Shown here: in pieces, positions 8,800-18,114 of the stretch | Layout: each line of letters starts with the position of its first letter | Numbering within the stretch: the stretch's first letter is position 1 | Origin: an uncultured Gemmatimonadales bacterium | GTDB lineage: Bacteria; Gemmatimonadota; Gemmatimonadetes; Gemmatimonadales; Gemmatimonadaceae | NCBI GenBank assembly: GCA_963851265.1 | Contig: CAWKNZ010000007.1 | Span: forward strand, 352,001 to 416,000 | Direction of reading: 5' to 3' | Length of the DNA: 64,000 nucleotides | Notes under the pieces: model-generated | Database searches by the model: none | What the model saw: the letters and a program-made list of their open reading frames with translations, nothing else | Told to the model about the DNA's origin: nothing | Translations under genes and position numbers: made by a program

Positions 8800-11379
8800 A
8801 TGCATCCATTCGTTTCACGGCGTCGCTCCCCCGCGGCGACGACGGCTGCGCTGTTCCTGTCGCTCGCCACGGCCTGCGCCTCCACCGAACGCGTCGCGTC
8901 GCCCGGCCCCGCGGTGGCGTCGGTGGGCGGGTCAGCCGGTAGCGTCGTGATCAGCCAGGTGTACGGCGGCGGTGGGAACAACGGGGCCACGCTGAAAAAC
9001 GACTTCATCGAACTCTACAACGCCGGGACGACGGCCGTTCCGGTGACCGGATGGTCGGTGCAGTACGCCAGCTCGACCGGAAGCAGCTGGCAGGTCACCA
9101 CCCTGTCGGGGACGATTGCGCCAGGCGGGTACTACCTCGTGCAGGAAGCGCAGGGCGCGGGCGGGACGACGGCGCTCCCCACCCCCGACGCGACCGGTAC
9201 GATCCCGATGAGCGCGACGGCCGCGAAGGTCGCGCTCGTCAATTCCGCCACGGCGCTCGCGGGTGCATGTCCGGTGGGGACGGCGACGGTGCTCGACTTC
9301 GTGGGATACGGCACCGGCACGAATTGCTTCGAGGGAACCGGCCCGACGGCGGCGCTCTCGAACAGCACCGCGGCCCTGAGGAAGAACAACGGGCAGCAGG
9401 ACACCAACGACAACGCGGCGGACTTCAGCGTCGCGGCGCCCACCCCGCGCAACAGCGGCGTCGTGACGGCACCCGCCGGACCGGTCGCGACCGTAGCCGT
9501 CACACCCTCGCCGGCCGCCGTCACGCTCGGCGCCACGCTGCAGTTGACGGCGCGCGCCGCCGACGCGAACGGCTCCGCCGTCGCCTCCACGTTCGTGTGG
9601 AGCACGTCGAACGCGGCGGTCGCCGCCGTCGACAGCACGGGCCTGGTGCGCGGGCTGGCCGTGTCGCCGGCCCCGGTGACGATCACGGCGACCGCCCCGA
9701 ACGGCGTGGCCGGTTCGACGGCCCTCACCGTGGCCGCCGCGGGCTCGATCGCGAGCATCACCTGGAACGGCACGCCTACCGCGACGACGAGCATGGCGGC
9801 GGGGTTCCAGACGCAGCTCTTCACCCCGGTCTCGAAGGACGCCAACGGCGGTGTCGTGCCGGCCGCGTACACGTTCGAGGCGCTCGACCCGGGCGTCGCG
9901 ACGATCCGCGCGGTCGGCACCTCGGCTGTGATCACGGGCGGTTCAGGCGCGGCCACCAACCCGCGCTTCCGCGTCACCGCCACGCCGGTCGGCGGCGGCG
10001 CGTCGTTCAGCACGGTGACCTCGCCGGTGACGATCGAGACGGCCGTCTACGCCGACTCGACCGCCACGTTCGCCGACAACGCGGAGTTCGGCCGACCCAC
10101 GGCCGCGTCGACGACCAACTTCGACGATCTGCTCATCGCGCGCACCACGTACACGCTCTCGTACAACGCGTCGCGGGGCACGCCCAACTGGGTGAGTTAC
10201 GAGCTCGACCAGCGTCAGCGGAGCACCGGCCAGGACCGGTGCAACTGCTTCACCGCCGAGCCCACGCTCCCGGCCGCGCGTCAGGTCTTCACGACGGACT
10301 ACACGAACGGCGGCTACGACCGCGGCCACATGACGCGCTCCGCCGACCGCACCGTGACCAACGGTGAGAACGCGCGCACGTTTTACCTGTCCAACGTCGT
10401 GCCGCAGATGGCGGACCTCAACCAGGGCGTCTGGGCGACGTTCGAGAATCAGCTCGCCGATTCCGCGGCCGCGGGGCGCGCCGTGTACGTGATCACCGGG
10501 CCGCTCTACTCGCGCGCGCTACCAGCCCGCTACCTCAAACAGGACTCGGGGCAGACGAAGGTGCGCATCCCCGACTCGACCTGGAAGGTCGCGTTCATCG
10601 GGCCCTACGCCGGGGGACACGCGTTCGCGCGCGGCGACGTGCGGAGTTGGGACGACCTCGCCGGTACCACCGTGCTCGCCGTGAACATGCCGAACGTCGC
10701 GGGCGTGCGAAATGACCCGCCGTCCAAGTACTACACGACGGTGGACGCGATCGAGGCCGCGACCGGCTACGACTTCCTTTCGCTGCTGCCGACCGCGTAC
10801 CAGGGGGCGGTCGAGGCCGGCGACCATCCGCCGTCCCCGGTCCTCAACGGGCCGACCGCAGGCGCGACAGGGCAGCCGCTCGCCTTCAACGCCGCGGGTA
10901 GCCTCGACCCCGACGCGGGCGACGTACTGACGTACGCCTGGGCCTTCGGCGACGGCACGTCCGCGACGGGCGCGTCGGTGACCACGCGCTACGCCGCCGC
11001 CGGCGCGTACACGGTCACGCTCACCGTCACCGACCGCTTCGGCTGGGCGATCACGCGCCGCCAGATCGTGAACGTCGGCGCCGTCGCGCCCATCGTGACC
11101 CTCCCCGGCGCGCCGACGACGGCCGCGGCGGGCCAGCCCTACAACCTGCCCGTCGCGTTCAGCGACGCGAGCGCCAACCCGGCGCCGTTCCGTCTCGTGA
11201 TCGACTGGGGCGACGGCACGCAGACCACCGGCACGTACGTCACCGCCTATGCCGCAGCCCGCCCGCTCGTGCGACAGAAGGCGTACGCCGCCTCGGGCGC
11301 CTACACGGTGAACGTCCGCGTCACCGACAGCTACGGAGCCACGTCGAGCCCCGCGTCGGTGCAGGTCACCATCCCATGA
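8800..11379 (+). CDS. multidomain exported DNA/RNA non-specific endonuclease: lamin-tail domain, Ig-like domain, NucA-type nuclease, two PKD-like domains; probable lipoprotein
   Basis: Lipobox-like LATAC. VVISQVYGGGG..DFIELYN (lamin-tail). TPNWVSY..GYDRGHM..SNVVPQ..LNQGVW (nuclease). YAWAFGDG and IDWGDG (PKD). Confidence 0.85.
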   Translation: MHPFVSRRRSPAATTAALFLSLATACASTERVASPGPAVASVGGSAGSVVISQVYGGGGNNGATLKNDFIELYNAGTTAVPVTGWSVQYASSTGSSWQVTTLSGTIAPGGYYLVQEAQGAGGTTALPTPDATGTIPMSATAAKVALVNSATALAGACPVGTATVLDFVGYGTGTNCFEGTGPTAALSNSTAALRKNNGQQDTNDNAADFSVAAPTPRNSGVVTAPAGPVATVAVTPSPAAVTLGATLQLTARAADANGSAVASTFVWSTSNAAVAAVDSTGLVRGLAVSPAPVTITATAPNGVAGSTALTVAAAGSIASITWNGTPTATTSMAAGFQTQLFTPVSKDANGGVVPAAYTFEALDPGVATIRAVGTSAVITGGSGAATNPRFRVTATPVGGGASFSTVTSPVTIETAVYADSTATFADNAEFGRPTAASTTNFDDLLIARTTYTLSYNASRGTPNWVSYELDQRQRSTGQDRCNCFTAEPTLPAARQVFTTDYTNGGYDRGHMTRSADRTVTNGENARTFYLSNVVPQMADLNQGVWATFENQLADSAAAGRAVYVITGPLYSRALPARYLKQDSGQTKVRIPDSTWKVAFIGPYAGGHAFARGDVRSWDDLAGTTVLAVNMPNVAGVRNDPPSKYYTTVDAIEAATGYDFLSLLPTAYQGAVEAGDHPPSPVLNGPTAGATGQPLAFNAAGSLDPDAGDVLTYAWAFGDGTSATGASVTTRYAAAGAYTVTLTVTDRFGWAITRRQIVNVGAVAPIVTLPGAPTTAAAGQPYNLPVAFSDASANPAPFRLVIDWGDGTQTTGTYVTAYAAARPLVRQKAYAASGAYTVNVRVTDSYGATSSPASVQVTIP

Positions 11380-12059
11380 CCAAGCGTCCTCCTTCGATGC
11401 GTTTCGCCTTCGTCGTCGCCCTCGCCGCCGCCGCGATCGCCGCCGCGCCGGCCGCCGCCCAGACGCTCGTGATCCCGCCCTCGTCCACGGGCGCGGAGGT
11501 CGGACCCTTCGGTGCCGATGCCGCGTACGCGTTCACCACGTCGCTGATCGGCCAGTCGTTCGTCGCGCAGAACGCCCGCCTGCTCTCGTTCACGTTCATC
11601 CTGCGCAACGAGGTCGGCGCTGCCGCGGCCCCGCAGTTCCGCGCGTACGTCGCCGACTACGACCCGCTCAACGGCGCGATCGGCACCGTGCGGTTCGCGA
11701 GCGACATGCTCGCCGGGCCGATGGCGGCGAGCTACGCGCCGCTCACGGTCACGCCCAACGCGACGCTCACCGCCGGGCTCTCGTACATCGCGTACCTCTC
11801 TGGCGTGACCTCGACGAGCGGCGTGAGCTACGTGGCCACCAACGAAACCGCTCCCTACGCCAGCGGCGTCCTCGTCTACGACGTGGGTGGCGGCGCGCTG
11901 TACGCCGACGCGTCGCAGGAGGCCGCGTTCACGGCGGTGTTCGCGCCCGCGGTCACCGCGGCGCCCGAGCCCGCGACCCTGGCGCTCGTCGCGGGCGGGC
12001 TCGTCGGCCTCGCCGCCCGGGCTCGGCGGCGGCGGCGCGTGCGCGTTCGCGCGGCGTAG
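11376..12059 (+). CDS. PEP-CTERM sorting-signal surface protein
   Basis: Signal peptide; C-terminal TAAPEPATLALVAGGLVGLAARARRRRR; ATGA overlap with the nuclease stop. Confidence 0.85.
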   Translation: MTKRPPSMRFAFVVALAAAAIAAAPAAAQTLVIPPSSTGAEVGPFGADAAYAFTTSLIGQSFVAQNARLLSFTFILRNEVGAAAAPQFRAYVADYDPLNGAIGTVRFASDMLAGPMAASYAPLTVTPNATLTAGLSYIAYLSGVTSTSGVSYVATNETAPYASGVLVYDVGGGALYADASQEAAFTAVFAPAVTAAPEPATLALVAGGLVGLAARARRRRRVRVRAA

Positions 12060-12120
12060 CTGCCGAACGGCGTCCCGCTGGCGCTTCCGGGCAGACGAGC
12101 TGTTCGGCTAACGTCACCGG

Positions 12121-13452
12121 ATGTCCAACCCCAACCGCCACGACCGCGTCCAGTACGGCGCTCCGGGGCGCCGCGTCGCGATCGTCGCGGGGCTGCGTAC
12201 TCCGTTCGCCAGGGCGGGGACGGCCCTCGCGCGCCTCTCCTCTACGGAAATGGGCCGTCACGTCGTCGCCGAGCTGCTCGCGCGCGCCGAACTCGACCCG
12301 GCCGAGGTCCAGGGAATCGTCTTCGGCACCGTCGTGCCGAGCGTCACCGAGCCGAACATCGCGCGCGAGATCTCGCTCCTGCCGCAGCTGCCGCGCGGTG
12401 TGCAGAGCTTCACGGTGAGCCGCGCCTGCGCCTCCGCCAATCAGGCGATCACCGACGCGGCCGACCAGATCGTGCTCGGACACCTCGACTGCGTCGTCGC
12501 CGGTGGGGCGGAGTCGCTGTCGCAGGTGCCGGTGCTGCACTCGCGGCGAATGAGCGACGCACTCGTCGCGTCGAGCAGGGCCAAGACGCTTCCGGCGCGC
12601 GCGCGCACGCTCGCGGGCATCCGGCCCAAGGACCTCGTGCCGGTGACCCCGGCCATCGCGGAGCCGAGCACCGGCGAGACCATGGGGCAGAGCGCGGAGA
12701 AGATGGCGAAGCTGAACGGCATCTCGCGCGACGAGCAGGACGCGTGGGCGCTGCGCTCGCACCGGCTCGCCGCGGCGGGCACCGCCGACGGACGGCTCGC
12801 GGCCGAGATCGCGCCGGCGTTCCTGCCCGGCGCGGACGGCGGCGAGCCGGTCGCGCTCGACCGCGACAACGGCGTGCGCGCCGACACGTCGCTGCAGCAG
12901 CTCGCCAAGCTCGCGCCCGTGTTCGACCGGGCGTACGGCACCGTGACGGCCGGTAACAGCTCGCCGCTCACGGACGGCGCGAGCGCGGTGCTGCTCATGC
13001 GAGAGGACAAGGCGCGTGCGTTAGGCTATGCGCCGCTCGCCTACGTGCGCAGCTACGCCTACGCCGCGCTCGACCCCGGCGACGAGTTGCTGCAGGGGCC
13101 GGCGCTCGCGATGCCCGTCGCGCTCGCCCGCGCCGGGGCCGTCGCGCGCGACGTGGGACTCGTCGAGATCCACGAGGCGTTCGCGGCGCAGGTGCTCTGC
13201 AACCTCAAGGCGTTCGCATCACGCGCGTGGGCCGAGCGGGCCGGCTTCGCCGAGCCCGTGGGGGAGCTCGACCGCGACCGCATCAACGTGATGGGCGGGT
13301 CGATCGCGCTGGGCCATCCCTTCGGGGCGACCGGCGGGCGCGTGTTGACGACGCTCTGCCGCGAGCTCGCCCGCCGCGACGCCGAGCTCGGGCTCCTGAG
13401 CGTGTGCGCGGCCGGCGGGATGGGTCACGTGATGGTCGTGGAGCGGGCGTGA
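12121..13452 (+). CDS. fadI: acetyl-CoA C-acyltransferase (FadI-type thiolase)
   Basis: RTPF, SRACASA, GTVTAGNSSPLTDGASA, HEAFA, GHPFGATG, CAAGG. Confidence 0.9.
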   Translation: MSNPNRHDRVQYGAPGRRVAIVAGLRTPFARAGTALARLSSTEMGRHVVAELLARAELDPAEVQGIVFGTVVPSVTEPNIAREISLLPQLPRGVQSFTVSRACASANQAITDAADQIVLGHLDCVVAGGAESLSQVPVLHSRRMSDALVASSRAKTLPARARTLAGIRPKDLVPVTPAIAEPSTGETMGQSAEKMAKLNGISRDEQDAWALRSHRLAAAGTADGRLAAEIAPAFLPGADGGEPVALDRDNGVRADTSLQQLAKLAPVFDRAYGTVTAGNSSPLTDGASAVLLMREDKARALGYAPLAYVRSYAYAALDPGDELLQGPALAMPVALARAGAVARDVGLVEIHEAFAAQVLCNLKAFASRAWAERAGFAEPVGELDRDRINVMGGSIALGHPFGATGGRVLTTLCRELARRDAELGLLSVCAAGGMGHVMVVERA

Positions 13453-13492
13453 GGGCCCCCGCCCGCGGCGCGACGACACACGCCTACGCCTC

Positions 13493-15721
13493 ATGACGCG
13501 ACTCACCGCCGACACCCCGTCCGCCGTGGACTCCGCACGCGACGCCATCACCGTCGAACTGCGCGACGACGGGATCGCCGTCGCGACGTTCGACCTTCCG
13601 GGCGCGCCCGTCAACGTGCTCGGCGCCACCGCGGCGGCGGCGTTCAGCCTCCTTCTCGACCGCCTCGACCGCGACGCGAGCATCCGCGCGTGCGTGCTCC
13701 GCTCGGGGAAGCCGGACGCGTGGATCGCCGGAGCCGACATCGAGCAGTTCGCCGCGCTGCGCGACGCCACCGACGCCGAAGCGCTCTCGTGGCAGGGGCA
13801 GGCGATGGCCGACCGCGTCGAGCGCTCGCGCGTTCCGGTCGTCGCCGCGGTACACGGTGCGTGCCTGGGCGGGGGTCTCGAGGTCGCCCTCGCCTGCGCG
13901 TGGCGCGTCGCCTCCGAACACGAGAAGACCGTGTTCGCGCTTCCCGAGGTCCGGCTCGGGCTGATACCCGGGATGGGCGGCACGCAGCGCCTGCCGCGCC
14001 GCATCGGGCTGCAGCCGGCGCTCGACCTGATCCTCACGGGCAAGACCGTGCGCGCGAAGCGCGCGCGCGCGTTAGGAATCGTCGACGACCTCGTGCACCC
14101 GGCCATCCTCCTCGACGTGGCGGTGCGGCGCGCGCGCGAGCTCGCGTCGGGCGAACGCAAGCGCGGCGGCGTCGCCCGGCGCCCGTCGGCCGGCGCGGTC
14201 CTGCTCGACGGCAACCCGGTGGGGCGCACCATCACCTTCAGCCGGGCGCGCGAGCAGGTCGTGAAGAAGTCGGGCGGCCATTACCCGGCGCCGCTCGCCG
14301 CTCTCGACGCCATCCACGACGGCTACGCACACGGCCGCGACGCGGGGCTCAAGCAGGAGGCGCGGCGCTTCGGCGAGCTCGCCGTGTCCGACGTCTCGCG
14401 CGAGCTCGTCTACCTCTTTCACGCGACGACCGCGCTCAAGAAGGACGACACGGCGACCCGGGGCGCCGTAGCGCGTCCGGTGCGGCTGCTCGGCATCGTC
14501 GGTGCCGGGTTCATGGGCAGCGCGATCGCCGCCCTCGCCGCGCGTCGGGGCACACCCGTCCGGCTCAAGGACGGCGACCTTCCGCGCGTCGCGCGCGCGA
14601 TGGACGCCGTGCGACGCACGCTCGCCGAGGCGCTGGCGCGGCGCCGCGCGACCGCGCTCGACGTGCAGGCGCAGCAGGCCCTCGTCACCGGCACCGCCGA
14701 CTTCACCGGCTTCCGCCGCGCCGACCTCGTCATCGAGGCGGTGTCCGAGGACCTCACGCTCAAGCGCCGCGTGCTCGACGACGTCGAGGACGCCGCGCCC
14801 GAGGCCGTCGTCGCGACCAACACGAGCACCATCCCGGTCACCGCCATCGCCGACGGCGCGACGCGCCCCGAACGCGTGGTCGGCATGCACTTCTTCTCGC
14901 CCGTGGCCAAGATGCCGCTCTTGGAGGTCGTGCGCGGCGCGGCGAGTTCGCTCGACGCCGTCGCCACCGCGGTCGCGTACGGGCGGCGGCTCGGCAAGAC
15001 CGTGATCGTGGTCGGCGACGGGCCCGGGTTCTACGTCAACCGCATCCTGGTCCCGTATCTCAACGAAGCCGGCTGGCTGCTGGACGCGGGCGTGCCGGTC
15101 GAACGCATCGACGCGGCACTCGTCGCGTGGGGATTCCCGGTCGGGCCCTTTCAGCTGATGGACGAGGTCGGATTCGAGGTCGCGGCGAGGGCCGGGCAGG
15201 TGGTCGCCGACGCGTTCGGCGCACGCCTCACCCCGGCTCCGGCGCTGCAGCGCGTGCTCGAGAGCGGGCGGGCCGGGCGCAAGGGGCGGCAGGGGTTCTA
15301 CAAGTACGACGCGGCCGGGCGACGCGCGGGGGTCGACGCGTCGGTGTACGCCATCGCCGGCGTTCGCCCGCTGAGCGGCGTCGCCCTCGGCACCGAGCGC
15401 GCGGCGCCCGGCGACCCGCCCCCCCAGTACGGGGCCGCCCAGATCGTCGAACGCGCGGTCTACCCGATGCTCGACGAGGCCGTGCGCTGCCTCGGCGACG
15501 GGATCATCGCCTCGGCGAGAGACGGCGACGTCGGCGCCGTGTTCGGCATCGGCTACCCCGCGTTTCGCGGCGGGCCGTTCCGCACGCTCGACGCCCTCGG
15601 TCCCGCCACCGTCGTGGGGGCGCTCGATGCGCTCGCGCGCGCGCACCCCGGCCGCTTCGCGGCGGGCGCCGCGCTCACGGCTGCGGCGAGCGAGGGTGGG
15701 CGCGCCCACCCGCGCGACTGA
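13493..15721 (+). CDS. fadJ: fatty acid oxidation complex alpha subunit (enoyl-CoA hydratase / 3-hydroxyacyl-CoA dehydrogenase)
   Basis: AGADI, GACLGGGLE, PEVRLGLIPG, GAGFMG, TNTSTIP, GMHFFSP, GFYVNR, DEVG. Confidence 0.9.
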   Translation: MTRLTADTPSAVDSARDAITVELRDDGIAVATFDLPGAPVNVLGATAAAAFSLLLDRLDRDASIRACVLRSGKPDAWIAGADIEQFAALRDATDAEALSWQGQAMADRVERSRVPVVAAVHGACLGGGLEVALACAWRVASEHEKTVFALPEVRLGLIPGMGGTQRLPRRIGLQPALDLILTGKTVRAKRARALGIVDDLVHPAILLDVAVRRARELASGERKRGGVARRPSAGAVLLDGNPVGRTITFSRAREQVVKKSGGHYPAPLAALDAIHDGYAHGRDAGLKQEARRFGELAVSDVSRELVYLFHATTALKKDDTATRGAVARPVRLLGIVGAGFMGSAIAALAARRGTPVRLKDGDLPRVARAMDAVRRTLAEALARRRATALDVQAQQALVTGTADFTGFRRADLVIEAVSEDLTLKRRVLDDVEDAAPEAVVATNTSTIPVTAIADGATRPERVVGMHFFSPVAKMPLLEVVRGAASSLDAVATAVAYGRRLGKTVIVVGDGPGFYVNRILVPYLNEAGWLLDAGVPVERIDAALVAWGFPVGPFQLMDEVGFEVAARAGQVVADAFGARLTPAPALQRVLESGRAGRKGRQGFYKYDAAGRRAGVDASVYAIAGVRPLSGVALGTERAAPGDPPPQYGAAQIVERAVYPMLDEAVRCLGDGIIASARDGDVGAVFGIGYPAFRGGPFRTLDALGPATVVGALDALARAHPGRFAAGAALTAAASEGGRAHPRD

Positions 15722-15857
15722 GGGTCGGGCCGCGGGCCGGGCCCCGGCGTCCGCGACAGCGTGTCAGCCGCCGAGCGTCAGCCCTGCTGCCGTCGGCCGC
15801 CTGCGACCGGCGGCAGCCGACCCGGCCGCTGCGGTGTATACTCGCCGGATTACCGTG

Positions 15858-15885
15858 TGAAACCGTGCCCGCGCCCTTAAGCGTA
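15858..15885 (+). promoter_or_regulatory. candidate ECF-type promoter (TGAAAC...CGTA) upstream of the ECF sigma gene
   Basis: TGAAAC at 15858-15863 and CGTA at 15882-15885. The 18-nt spacer is longer than the usual 16-17. Confidence 0.3.
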
Positions 15886-15959
15886 CGAACTAGTTCAGGC
15901 GTGTTCGAACTGCTGACCGCGGGCAGTGACCGAGCCACATCGTTGAGGGTCTACTGGCT

Positions 15960-16502
15960 GTGGAGATGAACGATGCGGCGATCGTCGCCCAAGTTTTGGG
16001 TGGGGACGTCGAAGCGTACGCGCTCCTCGTAGCGCGCTACCGCCCGCGCCTGTCGCGGTACGCGTTGCGCATGTTGGGCGACCGGGAGGATGCGCAGGAG
16101 GCATTGCAGGACGCCTTCGTGCGGGCCTATCGGGCGTTGGGGCGGTGCGGCGACCCGGAGCGATTCGGCTCGTGGCTGTTCAGCATCCTCGTGAACCGGT
16201 GTCGGACCACCGGAGCGCGGGCGACCCGGCGGGCGCGGACGTTCGTCTCCGACGAAGCGGCCACGCACGTGGCGGTCGACTCGCATCCGGCGGAACAGGC
16301 CGCGATGCGCGAAGAAATCGAAAGGGCGCTCGCCCGTCTCGATGCGGAGCAGCGGGAAGCATTCCTGCTTAAGCACGTCGAAGGTTTGAGCTACGAAGAA
16401 ATGGCGGAACTCACGGGCGCGGGCGTCTCCGCGCTCAAAATGCGGGTGAAGCGGGCCTGTGACCGGCTGCGCGGACTCCTGCAGGAGGCATACAGTGCGT
16501 AA
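15960..16502 (+). CDS. ECF RNA polymerase sigma factor
   Basis: Region 2 (DAQEALQDAF..FGSWLFSILVNRC) and region 4 (QREAFLLKHVEGLSYEEMAELTG..LKMRVKRA); 180 aa. Confidence 0.92.
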   Translation: MEMNDAAIVAQVLGGDVEAYALLVARYRPRLSRYALRMLGDREDAQEALQDAFVRAYRALGRCGDPERFGSWLFSILVNRCRTTGARATRRARTFVSDEAATHVAVDSHPAEQAAMREEIERALARLDAEQREAFLLKHVEGLSYEEMAELTGAGVSALKMRVKRACDRLRGLLQEAYSA

Positions 16503-17331
16503 CGGCAGCGACGACGATCACCTGGGGAGTTCCGCGTTCGGGCCCGGCCCGTTCGCGGGCGTTCCGCCGATCGCCGTACCCAGCGCGGTTGACGATGACG
16601 AACCGTTCGCCCTCGGCGAGCTCGTGGCGGCGCTTCGGCGCCCCGCGGACTTCGGACCGGGTGTCGACACGGCGGTGATGGACGCGATCCGCCTCGCGCC
16701 CGCGCCGCTCGTCGTCGTGCCCGGGGCCGCGCGGCGTCCGGCGGTGCGGTCGCGGCGACGCGACACGTCCACGGCCCCCTTCGAACCCGTCGCGCGCGCG
16801 CCGCTGCCGCGTGCCTGGCGCTGGTTCACCCAACCGCGCGCCGTAAGGGTCACCCCCCTCGGCGCACTCGCCGCGGCCGGCATCGCCATCGCGGCCGTGT
16901 TCGGTCTGCGGCGCGAGGCCGGCCGCAACGCCGGCGAGCTCGCGGCAACGACCCCCGACGCGCGGACGGCCACGGGCGAGTTCGCGACCGTGCCGCGCGA
17001 GTCCGCGACGCGAGCCGCGGCGCCCGCGCGAGGCCGTGACACGGTGTACATCACCCGCTTCATGCTCGTCGCGCCGGGCGCGCGCGAGGTCGCGCTCGTC
17101 GGCGACTTCAACGAGTGGGACCACGGCGCGACGCGACTCGTGCGCGTCGCGTCGCAGGGGAGCAGCCACGGCGTCTGGACCATCGATCTGCCGCTCACGG
17201 CAGGGCGCCACTCCTACGCCTTCCTCGTCGACGGGCAGCGCTGGGTGGCCGACCCCGCCCGGCCGCGCGCGATCGGCGACGATTTCGGTCGCCCGAGCTC
17301 GGCCGTGACGGTCGGCGGAGGTGAGACGTGA
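16495..17331 (+). CDS. probable anti-sigma factor: single TM helix plus C-terminal CBM48 / E-set (glycogen-binding-like) domain
   Basis: GTG overlaps the sigma gene end. TM segment LGALAAAGIAIAAVFGL. APGAREVALVGDFNEWD..GVWTIDLPL..YAFLVDG..WVADP..DDFG. Confidence 0.75.
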   Translation: MRNGSDDDHLGSSAFGPGPFAGVPPIAVPSAVDDDEPFALGELVAALRRPADFGPGVDTAVMDAIRLAPAPLVVVPGAARRPAVRSRRRDTSTAPFEPVARAPLPRAWRWFTQPRAVRVTPLGALAAAGIAIAAVFGLRREAGRNAGELAATTPDARTATGEFATVPRESATRAAAPARGRDTVYITRFMLVAPGAREVALVGDFNEWDHGATRLVRVASQGSSHGVWTIDLPLTAGRHSYAFLVDGQRWVADPARPRAIGDDFGRPSSAVTVGGGET

Positions 17332-18026
17332 TGCGCATGTCGCGCCCCGCGCTCGCGCTCCTTGCCGGGCTGCTCGCCGCTCCGCTCTCCGGCTTGACCG
17401 CGCAGGCGGCCAGCGTCCAACCGCCCGCGGAAACGCCGGCGTGGCTCCGCGCCCGACTCGACCCCCGCCTCGACCCACACACGCGCGCCCTCGTCGAGCG
17501 AGTCATCGACTCGGCGCGCGCCGACGGCGTCCCGTCCGAGCCGCTCGTCGACAAGGCGCTCGAAGGCGCGAGTAAGCGCGCGTCGTCCGAGGCGATCGTT
17601 CGCGCGGTCCGCGGACTCGCGGTCGACCTCGCGACGGCGCGCCAGTCGCTCGGCGCACAGTCGCTCGCAGAGGAGTTGACCGCCGGCGCGTCGGCGCTGC
17701 GCGCCGGTGTCGATACCGACGCGCTCCGCCGCCTCCGCCACGACCGTCCGGGGCAGCCGCTCGTGATCGCGCTCTCGGTACTCACCGATCTGATTGCGAG
17801 CGGCGTTCCGGCCGACAACGCGACGCACTCGGTGCTGGCCCTCACGAGCAAGGGAGCCGCCGATGAACAGCTCGTCGCGTTCCGACGCGACGTCGAACGC
17901 GATATCGGCATCGGAGCGCCCCCGGGCATCGCGGCGATGTTGCGGCTCGGCGGCGGTCCGTACGCGTCGCTCAACGTTCCCGACGGCGCGACGAACCGGC
18001 CGCCGGCGCACAAGCCCAAACCGTGA
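17328..18026 (+). CDS. exported, probably helical hypothetical protein
   Basis: Signal peptide ending LTAQA; GTGA overlap with the upstream gene. Confidence 0.75.
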   Translation: MMRMSRPALALLAGLLAAPLSGLTAQAASVQPPAETPAWLRARLDPRLDPHTRALVERVIDSARADGVPSEPLVDKALEGASKRASSEAIVRAVRGLAVDLATARQSLGAQSLAEELTAGASALRAGVDTDALRRLRHDRPGQPLVIALSVLTDLIASGVPADNATHSVLALTSKGAADEQLVAFRRDVERDIGIGAPPGIAAMLRLGGGPYASLNVPDGATNRPPAHKPKP

Positions 18027-18114
18027 CGAATCGAACGGGGTAGCGATCTCACTACCCCGTTCGCCGTATCCACGGCCGTGCACGCCTCCGCGGCCACTCC
18101 GCTAGCTTGGCGGG

